Assembly: GCF_964213995.1 (NCBI RefSeq)
Contig: NC_135826.1
Coordinates: forward strand, 35,426,867-35,466,000
DNA: 39,134 bases
Reading direction: 5' to 3'
Origin: Mustelus asterias
Taxonomy: Eukaryota
Below, piece after piece: positions 23,093 through 35,000 of the stretch (position 1 is the first letter of the stretch; each line of letters starts with the position of its first letter). Below the pieces are notes generated by a model. The model was not told the origin of the DNA. It made no database searches and worked only from the letters and a program-made list of their open reading frames with translations. The translations under genes and the position numbers were made by a program.

Positions 23093-23929
23093 TTGGAAAC
23101 CTGCAGTATAAATGTTTATTTTGTATGTGGAGGTCTGCATTAATGATGAGTATCAATGGAATGAAAGGCTATGGTGTTCATGAGGCTTACACTTGCCTTT
23201 AGGATTCTTGCATGGCAAGTTGTTCTCAGCCAAACAGTCCAGTGCTCTCTACAAAGCTTCTGAGATCTTGTGAATTGGGCAAGCAACAGTGTATCTTGTA
23301 AACCATACAGATTAAAGATTTGTTAATGGGCAGCACAGCGTTTGAACGGGGAGTATGTGCTAAGAGTACTAAATTCAATGCCATATCCAGTACAGAAAGT
23401 AAAATAAATCGCAGGAAGAAAAGATTGAAAGAGATATATAGGAGCCAGAATTTAATTATTTAATTTTAAGTATCTCCAATAATTAAAAGCTGAAGGAATG
23501 AGTTCCCACTTTGTAAAAGTTAATTTTCAGTGTTTGGCAGTAATTAAGACTTACAGTCTGAGAAGGGTACTTAAACTGGAATGGACAAGCCTAACTGTTG
23601 TAATAAATTTAGTCAGTATCTACGATGTCAAGACAGAAACTTCATGCCATTCAATATGTTTGAATGGGGATCAAGATGGCAAGGTGCAGTTTTTGCACAG
23701 CTTAAAGAAAACAGTGCATCTAGGATGACAATTTCCAGATTTAACTGTGTATGTGTACTGAAGTTGCTGTCTGCTTTGGTCAATAATAATAGTGAACATT
23801 CTTCACCTACAGCAAAATCTGACCCATTATTATTGCTGTAGAAGGTTGCTGTAAAATTACTTACAAACCACTTGCAACCAATTAATTACTTTTGAAGTGC
23901 TTTGCGACATCAGGTGTATGACACAAGAG

Positions 23930-24268
23930 AGAATCGTAGAATTCCTACAGTAGAAGGAAGAGGCCATTTGGCCCAGCGGGTCTGCACCGACTCTCTGAAA
24001 GAGTATCTGAACCAGGCCTTCCCCTTTGCCCAATCCCCATAACCTCATGCATTTGCCATGGCTAATTCACCTAAAACCTACACATCTTTAGACACTAAGG
24101 GGCAATTTAACATGGCCAATCCAACTAACCTGCACATCTTTGGATTGTGGGAGGAAATCGGATCACCCGGAGTAAACCCATGCAGACACGGGGAGAATGT
24201 GCAGACTCCACACAATCACCCACGGCTGGGATTGAACCCAGATCCCTGGCACTGCTGCTTCACAGTGC
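23930..24268 (-). mobile_element. HE1-type V-SINE
   Basis: gacactaaggggcaatttaacatggccaatcc...gacacggggagaatgtgcagactccacac. Confidence 0.85.
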
Positions 24269-24319
24269 CAGGTGCCTCACAATGTAACAACATTGAAATA
24301 CAGTTGGTTGGTGAACAGG

Positions 24320-24950
24320 AAACAAGGAATGAGTGTTGCTCAGTTTTGAGAAAGGTTGGAAGCGGTATACTTCAGTAGTCTGCTAGATGAACTTTCAGAT
24401 GACTTTATGTGCGTGTGTGTATTTAATAAATAAAAATATATCAGATATAAGAAACACAATTAAAATTACAAAAGTAAAATGTTTACCAAAAAATGAGGTA
24501 GAAAGGTACCGGTAAGTCATAGGTTAGAGAGCATGGGCATAGCTGACATATTAAATTTAATGTAGATATGAGTGAGATAATACATTTTAGGAGAAAAGGC
24601 AAGTAAGCGCTTAACGGACAGGCACTACAGAACCACCTAGAATTTCAAATAATTACGGTTTGGATTTACTAGGATGACGCCACACGTTAAAAACTAGCCG
24701 TGAGGTGAGACCTGTGATAATAGGATGATTTCCACCGGAGCAGAGAAAACCAAAAGAAGGTTTAATAGCGGCTTTAAAATTCATGAAATTAATAGGGAAG
24801 GACTGTTCCTTCCAGTTGGAAAATCAGTGACAAGAGCTGATCAATTAAAAATTCTCGCTGAGAATGAGGAAGGAGTTTAGGAGTAATTATTTTACAAGAA
24901 AGGGTTGTTGGAGCATAAAATGTTACCACAGGGAGTGCTTATGATATGAC
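24320..24950 (+). mobile_element. Highly decayed CR1 fragment
   Basis: FN..K..IIHFR-like aaatttaatgtagatatgagtgagataatacattttagg and residual 3' motifs. Confidence 0.5.
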
Positions 24951-25079
24951 CACTGCATTTTCAAGTCCATCTATGCTGATATTTTCTATTATCTGTATTG
25001 ATATTTTCACCTGCCCCATTTAATTTTCCATTATAGCGACACAGCTGTCATGCCAAGGCCTTTCTCCTTACATGAACAG

Positions 25080-25750
25080 TAGGTTCCCTTTTGACCATGT
25101 CTTCTCCTCCATTCTTGCCATTCATTTGAAAACATCATAATCTACAACCTCCAAGGCCCACAATGATGCCCTCACTGAGATCGTCTCTCTTCTCTCTTTC
25201 CTTTGTTCTTGTACCAAGCCTCTCCTCATCCTTGGTGACTACGGTCTCTGATCTCAACCCCCTTTGCCCCTCTTCTCCAAATTCAGTGCTTTCTCTTCAT
25301 TTTGCACTTCATTAAACTCCCCTATGTTCCACAATCTCAATAACTTTGTTCTCTCTGCCGCCCTTTGCATATTTAGTCTCAATCATTGACAAGATAATTT
25401 TTAACCACATTCTCTTCTCCCTCACCACCCACATTTTACTACCCTCCTTCAATCCCAATGCAATCATCTATGCAAAGCCTCTCCCTCAAGTCACCTATTT
25501 GTCAAAATTCCCAGATCCCTCAATTTTAGCTCTCTGCTTGTTGCTTTGCTTAACTACTCTTTTGCCCTTTACTTCAATATTCTTGTTCCCAGTAGAACCA
25601 CAATTGTCTCCCATCCTTTTTGTTCTCCTGGTACAGTCCCCATCTTTACTCCCTCAATTCTGTGATTCAAATTTAAGCAGCCTTAGTGTATAACTAGCTT
25701 AGTGATCTATTGGTTGATCTGACCAGATCAAATCTTGGCCTTTCCTTGTT
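25080..25750 (+). mobile_element. Decayed L2 endonuclease-region fragment
   Basis: Pyrimidine-rich; ctcctcatccttggtgact reads LLILGD, an APE-domain motif. Confidence 0.5.
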
Positions 25751-26747
25751 GATCACTTGGATTGTGGAATTCTGTTTTTTAGCCATTCAAAAACAGTTTT
25801 CCACATTTTGTTTGCAAGTGCAACTAAGCTGGATGTCAGCTAACCACTACTTCTGGACTTATTTTGTATTTTAACCTATCCTTTACAATGCTGTTGGTAT
25901 CCTTCAATATGTCGTGACCCTTCCTTAAATGATAGTGATTCAGCAAGAGAATATTTTGAAGAACTTGATATAAAGATCATTTTCTTTTCTTTCTCTGATT
26001 TTCAAGCCTGGTGTACTATACTCTCTGATTTCCTTTGCTATTGTTTGCCCTTCTACATTGGTGCTCTTCATTATGGGCTTGTCACTTCATCTTGGGGTCT
26101 CAATGAAAATAAACCTCTGTTTCTCTATTCCCTGTATCCCCTCTACCTATTATTTGTCTTTGCTTCATGTTTGCTTTAAGTGTTAAAATGTACTGTCCCA
26201 AATGGTTTGTCAGGTTTACATAGTGAATAGGTCATCTATACAGACCAGTAAGATCCCAGGCTTGATCTCTAGTCTGTGATTAGTAGCTGATTTCAGTTGG
26301 AATGAGGTAGGAGCATTATTATTGGCTGCTGCATCTGAATTGAGAAGAGAATTGGCAATGATTTTGGACCCTGTTTGATATCCAGTCATCTCCTGGAACT
26401 GTACCTAGAGATCAGATGAAAACTGGGTCAGTTCCGGCTATCATGTTTCTCATTTGCCATCCCCCAGTCTACAAGAAGTTTAATGAGCTTCCAAAGCTCG
26501 CTCTTGAGATTTACAACTGACTATTTGAATGAGTCACCAAAAGATGCGCTGTGCCTCACTGAAAGAGCACAAAGTAGAAATTTGTTGAGAAAAAGTTTAA
26601 AATATTATCCAGTGTCCTACATGTTAATTTGTGCTTCTGTTTTATATTGTACTGTATTAAGTTAGATTATATTTAAAGTATTGTATTGAATTTTGATTTT
26701 TATATTTAGAATTTTAAAAATGTTTATCATAACTACTGTGTTTATAG

Positions 26748-26792
26748 GAAAAACTTGAACCAATGACCTCGCCTACACCGCCGTCAAACAAG
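26748..26792 (+). CDS. RANBP3: Candidate 45-nt cassette exon of RANBP3 (EKLEPMTSPTPPSNK)
   Basis: Acceptor ctgtgtttatag|, donor AAG|gtaaca, 15 sense codons, phase 0-0 matching the flanking exons. Three CpGs in a very AT-rich context. No homology recognised. Confidence 0.5.
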
Positions 26793-28229
26793 GTAACAAT
26801 AAATACAAGGAACTTCTCAAAGACACCAAGTTTGAGATGAGAGAGTGTTGGGGTAATTGAATCCAGAAATGCAAGAGAATTTGACTTAAGATACAGTAGC
26901 GCAATATAGGGGAGATCAGGATTGGTTCCTCATGAAATGAAAAAGAACATACTCTAGTGGAATAGATTAGAAATTTACAGAAATTGGTGGCATTTTGCAA
27001 ATCACTGAATTACCTTGGACCTTGTTCAGGGATTGGACAAGCTCGGGGGAGGTACTGGGGATTTGAATCAGATTAACTTGAGGTTAATTGGGCACTAAAA
27101 AAAGTCCCAGTTTTTATTTAAATGTGGCATATTGGGTTATGTTAGTTAACCTTTTCCAGCTTTCAAAAAAAAACACCCATAAAGTTGCTGCTAGTGCTTG
27201 CTGATAACAGGGTAGCAGGGTATTTGGGATTTTGAAGAACGGGGGGATAAACAGCCTACCTCAAGTAGATGAAAGGATTGAGAAATAAGCAGAGGAAAGA
27301 CTGAGAAGGAAAGTGAATTAGAGTTGGTGAATCAATATCAAAATATGAACAGAAAGATAATTTAAGAGATTATAAGACGTTTTACAAAAACTAAAGCAAG
27401 AAAAAATGGACATTTTTACATTTTGAAAATTTCCAGCAACAATTCCAAACTTGAAAGAATGAAATTCCGTACTTTTGCTTATTTTCTGAGCAAGCAGTCA
27501 TTAACAACTATGACATCTTTAAACTGGCACTTGCATTGTTAATTGTTAGACTTAGCTTTTCACAATAGTGGAGCAGTGCAGTCAGCCAGCTAGTTGTAGT
27601 GATTTGCAATTCAAGGGTTATCTCGCTCTCCACAAGTTGCAGGCTGATTTGCAGCTTAATAACAGTATGCAGCATTCCGGTGCTGTTATTCTTCAAAATC
27701 TGACCCACAGTTATTAGCCACTCAGATTTGTAACTCTCACAATGGTAGGATGATGTGAGCATTCTTGGCATCTGATTTTCTTTAAGTTTGTGGTAGGCAA
27801 TGTAATTTATCCTTGAAAATTTCATCAATGTTATAAGTAACAAGATTTATTTTGGAAGACAGTAAGTTTACTTTCTAAAATATAAATGGTATCAATAATT
27901 AATGCATCTGTGAAGTTGCTTGGGTTCATCTTTATCTGTGTAAATATAATTTTAGAATTTGAAATTACTTGGTATCTACAAGTTTACTATCAGGAGGCAC
28001 ATATTTGCCTGACCCTTGCATAAGATTTGAAGGGGTGAAATTCTTTTGCTGTAAGAGTTCATAACCAGACGGTGATAGTCCTTCCCCACTTTTTAAATTA
28101 TGATTTCTCTTTTACATTTCAAACATTTCATAATCTACCTCGAACAGGCAGCATTAATTGCTTGGAAAAATAACTACTTTGATGGTGTCATTACATTGGG
28201 CATTACTGCAGTGATGTTGTCCAATACAT

Positions 28230-28815
28230 GACAGGAGCAGATATACCTGGGGGATATAAATGCACAAATGGTTGAAGATGGCAAGGCAGGTTGACAAAGC
28301 GGTTAAAAAGTCATAAGGGAATCTGAGTTTCGGTGTACAGTACAAAATAAAGAAGAAATAAAGAACCTTTATAAAACACTGGTTTGGCCTCAGCAAGAGT
28401 ATGATAACCAATTCTTGGCACTGTATTTCAGGAAGAATATGAAGGCTTTAGAGTACATGCAGAAAATAATGGGTTCAGAGGTAGATTGAAGAAGATTGGA
28501 GTTGTTGTCGAAAGGGCGTTTGGTGGAGGTACTGAAAATCATGAGGAGTCTCGACAGTGTAGATGGACAGAAACTATTCCCACAGACAGAAGGGTCGAGA
28601 CACTGATTTAAAATGATTGGCAAAAATGGTGACATGAGGAAGAACTTTTTTTAACACTGTGGGTAGTTACAATCTGGAATGCACTCTCATAAAAGGTAGT
28701 GGAGGCAGATTCAGTCGTGGTTTACAAATATCTTTACAAAAGACATCTTGAAGGGAAAAAAATTGCAGGGATGCAAAGAAATTGCAGGGAAGCAGACAAG
28801 CTAAATTGCTCTTGT
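28230..28815 (+). mobile_element. CR1 3' fragment
   Basis: tttataaaacactggtttggcctcagc (LYKTLVxPQ), ttacaatctggaatgcact and a CR1-type 3' UTR. Confidence 0.78.
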
Positions 28816-29399
28816 AAGAGGGAGGAGTTAGCAGAGGATTGGGGAGAAAAGAGTGATAGCTGTTAAAGGGCAGATTCCTGGGGAAAAGTTTAAAACTTAC
28901 CAAAATAATTGGGTGCGAGTCATTCATAACCTGTTCTTGCTACTGACGCCCTTCCTCCATATTTCCAAGTTTGTAACGGACAACATTTATGGGATTTCTT
29001 ATAGCTACCTCTGGGTTATATTTTTAAAAAGTGTCTGGGCTGGTATATGTAAGTTATTGGGAGAGATTTTTACTTCAAGATTAGTGGTAACTGGAGGACA
29101 AGAGACCTCTTGCACAGGTTCAAACTAGTGAAAGACAAGCATACAATTTGTCAAAAATTTCCTCACATGGAGAGTAAGTACTATTTGACGCAAGTACAAT
29201 CAGATTAAACTTGCCTGCAAGACATTTGGAATCATTTAGGAAACTGTGCTAAAGGGACTATAAATGTTTATAGGTGGGTGAGCTTAAGGTAATCTTCATT
29301 CACTGTCTTCATCCGAATTAATCTTGCAATCTGTTCCCAAGATAGATAATGCTTGTGGCTGCATTTTGTATAATACTTCTCAACAATGACTCCAAATAT

Positions 29400-29830
29400 A
29401 TTTTACAACATAGATGGAGGCATACTGTGTCTGTATTGGTGTTTGAAGGAACTCTGCAATATAGTTCCACACCCAGCATTTCCCCATAACCAGTATATTA
29501 GTCCTGTACAATTACATGTTAATGTAAGTGCCTTTTGAAAGTTCCTATGGATTCTGTTTCTACCACTGTTTCAGGTACAGGGTGGTGCATTCCATGCTCT
29601 CCACATAACTAAAGTTCTTCATTCCTAACAAACCTCCCTTGTATTCTTTCCCAGTCTTTAATTTCCTGCCTAAAATGTGATGCCCAGTATTCTATACGAT
29701 ATTCCAGCTGAGACCTAACCAGTGATCTGTGAAGGTCGCAAATGACTTCCTTGTTTTTTTTTCAATACCCACATTTACAAAGCCATCATTTCAATACACT
29801 TTCTTAACTGCATTATCAACTTGTCCTGTG
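29400..29830 (-). mobile_element. Decayed CR1 fragment
   Basis: gatgcccagtattctatacgatattccagctgagacctaaccag is the complement of an LVRxQLEY motif. Confidence 0.65.
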
Positions 29831-30559
29831 AATATTGTGATGAAGTACTTCAGTTGTTGGGTTTATAGATTGAGTTTGAGGAGGCTGTCATTCCCACTAT
29901 ATAAGATCACCGCCAAAGTATCATAAGTTAATTTGACTGTAATTTACTGGATTCTGGAACAATATTGGTATTATTTACTGAGCTCAATAAATTATTGGTT
30001 TCTGTTGCAAAGATTCACCCAAATAGGAGATGTTAAACTTGGAATCTACGTATTTCATAATTCCCAGAAAAAGACTTTAACTGTGCTTGGATCCTGAGGC
30101 TTTTGGGTAAGTTGTTCGGACAATTATAGTTCATGTAAAAAAAAACAAAATTGACAGGATTATGGTACTTTGATGTTTCGAGCACAGAGGGTCATTCAGC
30201 ACGCGTGTGTGCTGGCAGTTTGCTTCAGTCCATTGGTCAGTGAGATAGTAAATGAAGAGCACAAATTTTAGAATTAAAGGAGAGATTGGAAATAGTTATT
30301 TGACGAAGTGATTTTATTAAAAATGGGAATTGTCTGCCACAAATCTTTGTTGAAGCCAAGTTCATAAACTCTTCTAAAAGGAGTTGGATGGTTTCTTGAA
30401 AAACTATAATTGAGAGATGGAGGAACAAGGAAAGAGTGCAATTAAACTGGGCACTTCTTGAAAAAGCACTGGTGCAGACTTGAAGGGACAAATGTTGTGT
30501 TTTGATAACCTGTTGTTCAGAATTATCAAATGCTATAAAATTTAAAATGCTGCCAAACC

Positions 30560-30825
30560 TCCCCGTCTAATCCCCATAACCATGTGCATTTACCATGGCT
30601 AATCCCTCTAACCTACACATCTTTGGTCATTAAGGGGCAATTTAGCATGGCCAATGCACCTAACCTGCACATCTTTGGACTGTGGGAGGAAACCAGAGCA
30701 CCCAGAGGAAACCCACGCAGACACGGGGAGAACGTGCAAACTCCATACAGGCAGTCACCCAAGTCTGGAATTGAACCTGGGTCCCTGGCGCTATGAGGCA
30801 TCTGTACTTGCCACTGTGACGCCCA
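30560..30825 (-). mobile_element. HE1-type V-SINE
   Basis: gcacatctttggactgtgggaggaaaccagagcacccagaggaaacccacgcagacacggggagaacgtgcaaactcc. Confidence 0.88.
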
Positions 30826-30899
30826 CGTGCACAGATCACTAAAAGCAGTACCATAAATAGATATGACCAAAAAGAAGCAAGCAAGATTCTTATTTCTAT

Positions 30900-31778
30900 T
30901 GTGACATTGAATAAAAAAGCAAGTAAATAATATTGAAGTTGTAGAATATTGTATTGTAATATATTTGGAATATTTTAAATAGGTTTGAGCATACCTTTAT
31001 AAAAGTTGTAGGAAGATAATGAAAAATGCAGCATTGTTTCACTAGCATGTTATGATGGTTGACGTTTTATGGTTATAAAGTGAAACTTGTGAGGTTGAAT
31101 CTTTGTTTCATTAGAGCTAGGATGATTAACTGCCTGCTTCTGTCATGTAACATTTTATGATTACTTCATCACCACCCTCTGCATACTGGTCACAAACGTA
31201 ATTACAGATGAGGGCTGTCATTTGATCTATCCAGCTCTCTCTTCCATTTAACTGATTGCAGAGTTTTTGTCTTAATAGCTAGCCCAGGAGACCACTGTGG
31301 CATTGCACATTCTGAATCCGTCTAGTAGTTAACTTGTCAACTGCCCCATCAGTTTGAATTTTACAAACTAGTTTCAAAGAAAGAACTGTGCCAATTTCCT
31401 TTTAGCTGGCTTTGTTTATATAAAAAAGAACTCCAGGAAGTCTGCACGGTGCAATGTGTTGTGTTTGAAACTTTGCTGACTGCTTCTATAATACCAGCAC
31501 TTTTTAGATGTCCATGTATCATCCCATCTAATGCTGTCAACCATTTTGTCAATGTGACATTGAATAAAAAAGCAAGTAAATAATATTGAAGTTGTAGACA
31601 TTATGCTAAATTTGGAATATTTTAAATAGTTTTGAGCATGCCTTTATAAAAATTCTAGGAAAGTAATGAAAAATGCAGTATTGTTTCACTGGTATGATTA
31701 TGATGGTTAACATTTTATGGTTATAAAGTGAAACTTGTGAGCTTAAGTCTTTGTTTCACTAGAGCTAGGATGATTAAC
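30900..31778 (+). repeat. Local direct duplication, about 230 bp x2 (30900-31130 and 31553-31778)
   Basis: Both copies run from tgtgacattgaataaaaaagcaagtaaataatattgaagttgtaga to tagagctaggatgattaac. Confidence 0.95.
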
Positions 31779-32409
31779 ATTTGCCCAAACATTTGGAATT
31801 ACCAGCTTTGTGTCTTATTTTTTGATGATTGATACATTTGCTGCTCTTTATCCTTGACTATCACTGGTTCTCCAAAACTCTGAAATGTATTCAATAATGT
31901 AGTGTAATTTATTGCATCAAGTGTTCACACTTGACATTGCAGAACTGAAAATGTTCTGTGTAGAAATAGGTCACACGGTGGGTCAAAATCTGTGCAAAGT
32001 TTTTATCAGTACAGAAATGTTGCCACAGTTAGCTTTACTGAAATCCACTGAATATGCAAAAGATTGAGCAAAGGGAACTAAACTTGATTCAGACTAAACT
32101 TGATCCAAACTTAGATCCAAACCAGGTGCCTTGCAATATTATTTGGATCTTTTATTACATTTATTACAGCATTTCATTTTTTAAAAATACTCAGCAGCTG
32201 CAGTAACTTTTAAATATAGCCCCAAATGAATGATTGCTTGACTATTAGATCTTTGGCTTTCATAATTAGTCTTTTAAATTATTGTTCTTTTTGTTTTCAG
32301 TTATGACACTGCCGTTTCATGTTGACATGTGGCAGGGAGAAGTTTGTTTTTAAATGTAACTAATAGAACCAGGAAAATTTGAGAATAATGGGCTTTTTTT
32401 ATATTTTAG

Positions 32410-32446
32410 AGGCCAGTAGATGCCTCCAGTCCTGAAGATGCAGAAG
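32410..32446 (+). CDS. RANBP3: RANBP3 coding exon (RPVDASSPEDAE + phase-1 G)
   Basis: T-rich acceptor ending atattttag|, 37 nt, donor AAG|gtaagc. Aligns with human RSAGGSSPEGGE(D). Confidence 0.9.
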
Positions 32447-32504
32447 GTAAGCATGTTCATTTGATTGGTTCTAATGTTCTATTATGTGCCTGTTTAAAAA
32501 TACT

Positions 32505-33131
32505 GATCCATAAACTTCCTGGTACCCCAATGATGCACTGGGAAATCCCTCTCGGAAGCTCCCACCTGAGGATTTACCTGGCAATTGCCTAGAAATGCTA
32601 ACTTCCTCTGGACAATTGTGCTGTTGGAACCATCTGACAGCAGCGATTTATCCTCATAGTTACTCTTAGAGATACAAGAAAAGAAACACTTCCAGAGTGA
32701 CTATTTTAAAGACCCCAGACCCAGCCATGCAGGGGACAACCCATAAACATACAATCCTGCCCCCCCCCCCCCCCACACACACACCACCACCACCACCCTA
32801 TCTGACGCTTCCCCGCTCTGCTCTGATTCCTCCAACCGGGCCGGCCCAATCCCTTCCTCTAACTCCGACTACATCCTGTCCTCCTTCCGGCTCCCACTTC
32901 CCCCTCCGGCTCTGGAGAGAGAGCTGCTGCCATAAAAAGGGGGCGTTCCTTCCTGGTCTGCACCCCAGTTACTCCATGCTGATGCTGCCAGGGGCACGCT
33001 GCACTACTCCTGTCTTACCCAGCCTGAGTGAGGAAGGTTGGGCAAGACAGGGGCTTCGGAATCCCAGTGTGGGTATGTCTGTCGAGAGTGGCAATCCAAT
33101 GGAGATTGACACTCTGCAGAAGTTATGGGCC
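32505..33131 (+). mobile_element. MITE-like non-autonomous DNA element with imperfect terminal inverted repeats
   Basis: Left end gatccataaacttcc; right end gaagttatgggcc (reverse complement ggcccataacttc). C-rich interior. A second copy lies at 17869. Confidence 0.6.
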
Positions 33132-33449
33132 ACTCGTGCATCCTCTTGTTCACAGGTATTTAGTTCCTAAACTGGAGCTATATTAAACTTAGCTTGTTTT
33201 TCTAACTCATTGTTAAATAATTATTTGGCAAGTTGTCCACAAAGGTAAACCTAGAAAATTGTAGTTCATTATAAATTTTTGAGCTCAATTAAAGAGCATT
33301 TGTAGCTTGCATGTGAATTTTTGGCTGCAAGTCAGAGTAATTGCAGCTTTTAAAAAATAAATTAGGTGATTAGTATTTCAAATTCAATGGCTACACTTCA
33401 AACTTTTAAGCATAAAGTTATTCTTCATGTAATTAATTTACTACTTCAG

Positions 33450-33539
33450 ATTCTGACAGAGATGATGGTAACTATCCTCCACCCGTTAAAAGAGAGAGAT
33501 CTTCGTCTTTCACACAGGTGTTCCCACCTTCACAGCCAG
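33450..33539 (+). CDS. RANBP3: RANBP3 coding exon with NLS and Akt/RSK site ((D)SDRDDGNYPPPVKRERSSSFTQVFPPSQP)
   Basis: Acceptor ctacttcag|, 90 nt, donor CAG|gtatgt, phase 1-1. Aligns with human DSDREDGNYCPPVKRERTSSLTQFPPSQS. Confidence 0.95.
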
Positions 33540-34197
33540 GTATGTTCCTTTTCCAAGCGTAAACAAATGAAGAAGCATTGTTTTCTTTTTCTCTCTGATT
33601 GTTAGCTCAATAACTGGGATTCCGCATTGGCTCAACAAGTGCATTCTTAATTAGCACGGCTACAAGCAACCTGAAATGATGTGCAGGCCCTTGAGTCTGT
33701 ATGCACTATAGTTTATCCTTTGGACGGTCACTTCAGTGCAGCTACATATTTGATTCTTTTGGTAGCACTGCAAAATTAATTCCTTGCTCAAGTGGGAGGA
33801 AGTAGAAGGTAACTTAGTAAAAAAGGCAGTTTGTGGAGTAAGAGAGAAATATTTACATGCTTAGAAGTTGGAAGTATGATTTGTTCTACTTTTACACTTA
33901 TGTTTACTGGTAAATAAATTACTTGGCTTAAAGACTCACCTTCCAAAATTTATTGAAACGTTCCATGAAAATAAACATACAGCACATTAGTATTGGATAT
34001 CTGCAGTGCTGTGACATCTTGAGCATAAAGTGGAATTACAGAATCGGTATTTTTCAATCCAGAATTCCAGCTGCATGTTGGAAGTGCTCATTTTGTGACC
34101 AATGACTGACTGTGTTATTTGCTCATACTTTTTTCAACCTCCCCCTCCCCCATTGTGTATATATGCACTTGTAGACATTTTGATTCGGAAGACCTGA

Positions 34198-35000
34198 TTT
34201 ACTCTTCCAATATGAAGTTAATAATGATGATTGCTCTGTCCAAACCTTCTGAAGAATTAGTAGCTTTGAGGGAAAGGCAAGCTAAAAATGCACCCAACAC
34301 CAGGAGAACATGACTACTGTTACCCTACCCTGTGCGTATTTAATAATAGGCCTTTTCATTGTGATTGAAAAACCTTTTCTCCACTCCATAAAATGGAGGG
34401 GATGCTTGTCAAATGAGAGAAAATTGCACCTTGTTCTACAAGCTTGCTTTGTGTATCTTGCAATTTTTCCTATTCATTTGGTATATTCATAAATAAAGCC
34501 CAGTTTATGATTTATTTTCTTCTTTTGTAAGAAGATTAGAATTTCCTGAACCAATATCCTATTCGGTTATTACAAATCATTGCATCTTTTGTATGGTTTT
34601 GGAGGTAAAGTTGGTTTCTAAACCTTGGTACTGAATCTTTAGCACAACAGGAATGTCTTTCTGTTACAGCATGGCTGCAGCTGACTTTTATGTTCTGTAC
34701 ATTGTGTCTGGAGTATCTCCAGCTATCAGAGCTGGTGTCTTTCCCATCTTGCCATCAGGCATACTTTATATGCAAAGCTTGTATTCACTTTTCCAGAAAG
34801 ATAGTTTTCGACATGGAACTATTATTCTCGAATAGAGAATCTTCACTTGTTATACAACTTTCCAAATAGCTTCTGTCAGTAGTAATGTTCTCCTGGTGTT
34901 TTATGTGTATTTTTAGCTTGTCTTTCCCTCAAAGCTATGAATTCTTCAGAAGGTTTGGATAGAGCAATCATCATCATTAACTTCATATTAGAAGAGTAAA
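34198..35000. repeat. About 122-bp inverted repeat pair (34198-34319 and 34877-35000)
   Basis: tttactcttccaatatgaagttaa...aacaccaggagaacatgactactg matches the reverse complement of the second arm at about 90% by hand alignment. Confidence 0.95.

Noticed and set aside
23143-23263. Possible C/D-box snoRNA (ATGATGA...CTGA)
   Set aside because: No terminal stem or recognisable rRNA guide, and the motifs are frequent by chance.
32697-33170. Proline-rich 157-aa ORF as a RANBP3 exon
   Set aside because: It lies within the C-rich MITE-like element, and the flanking exons already join in frame and match the orthologue.
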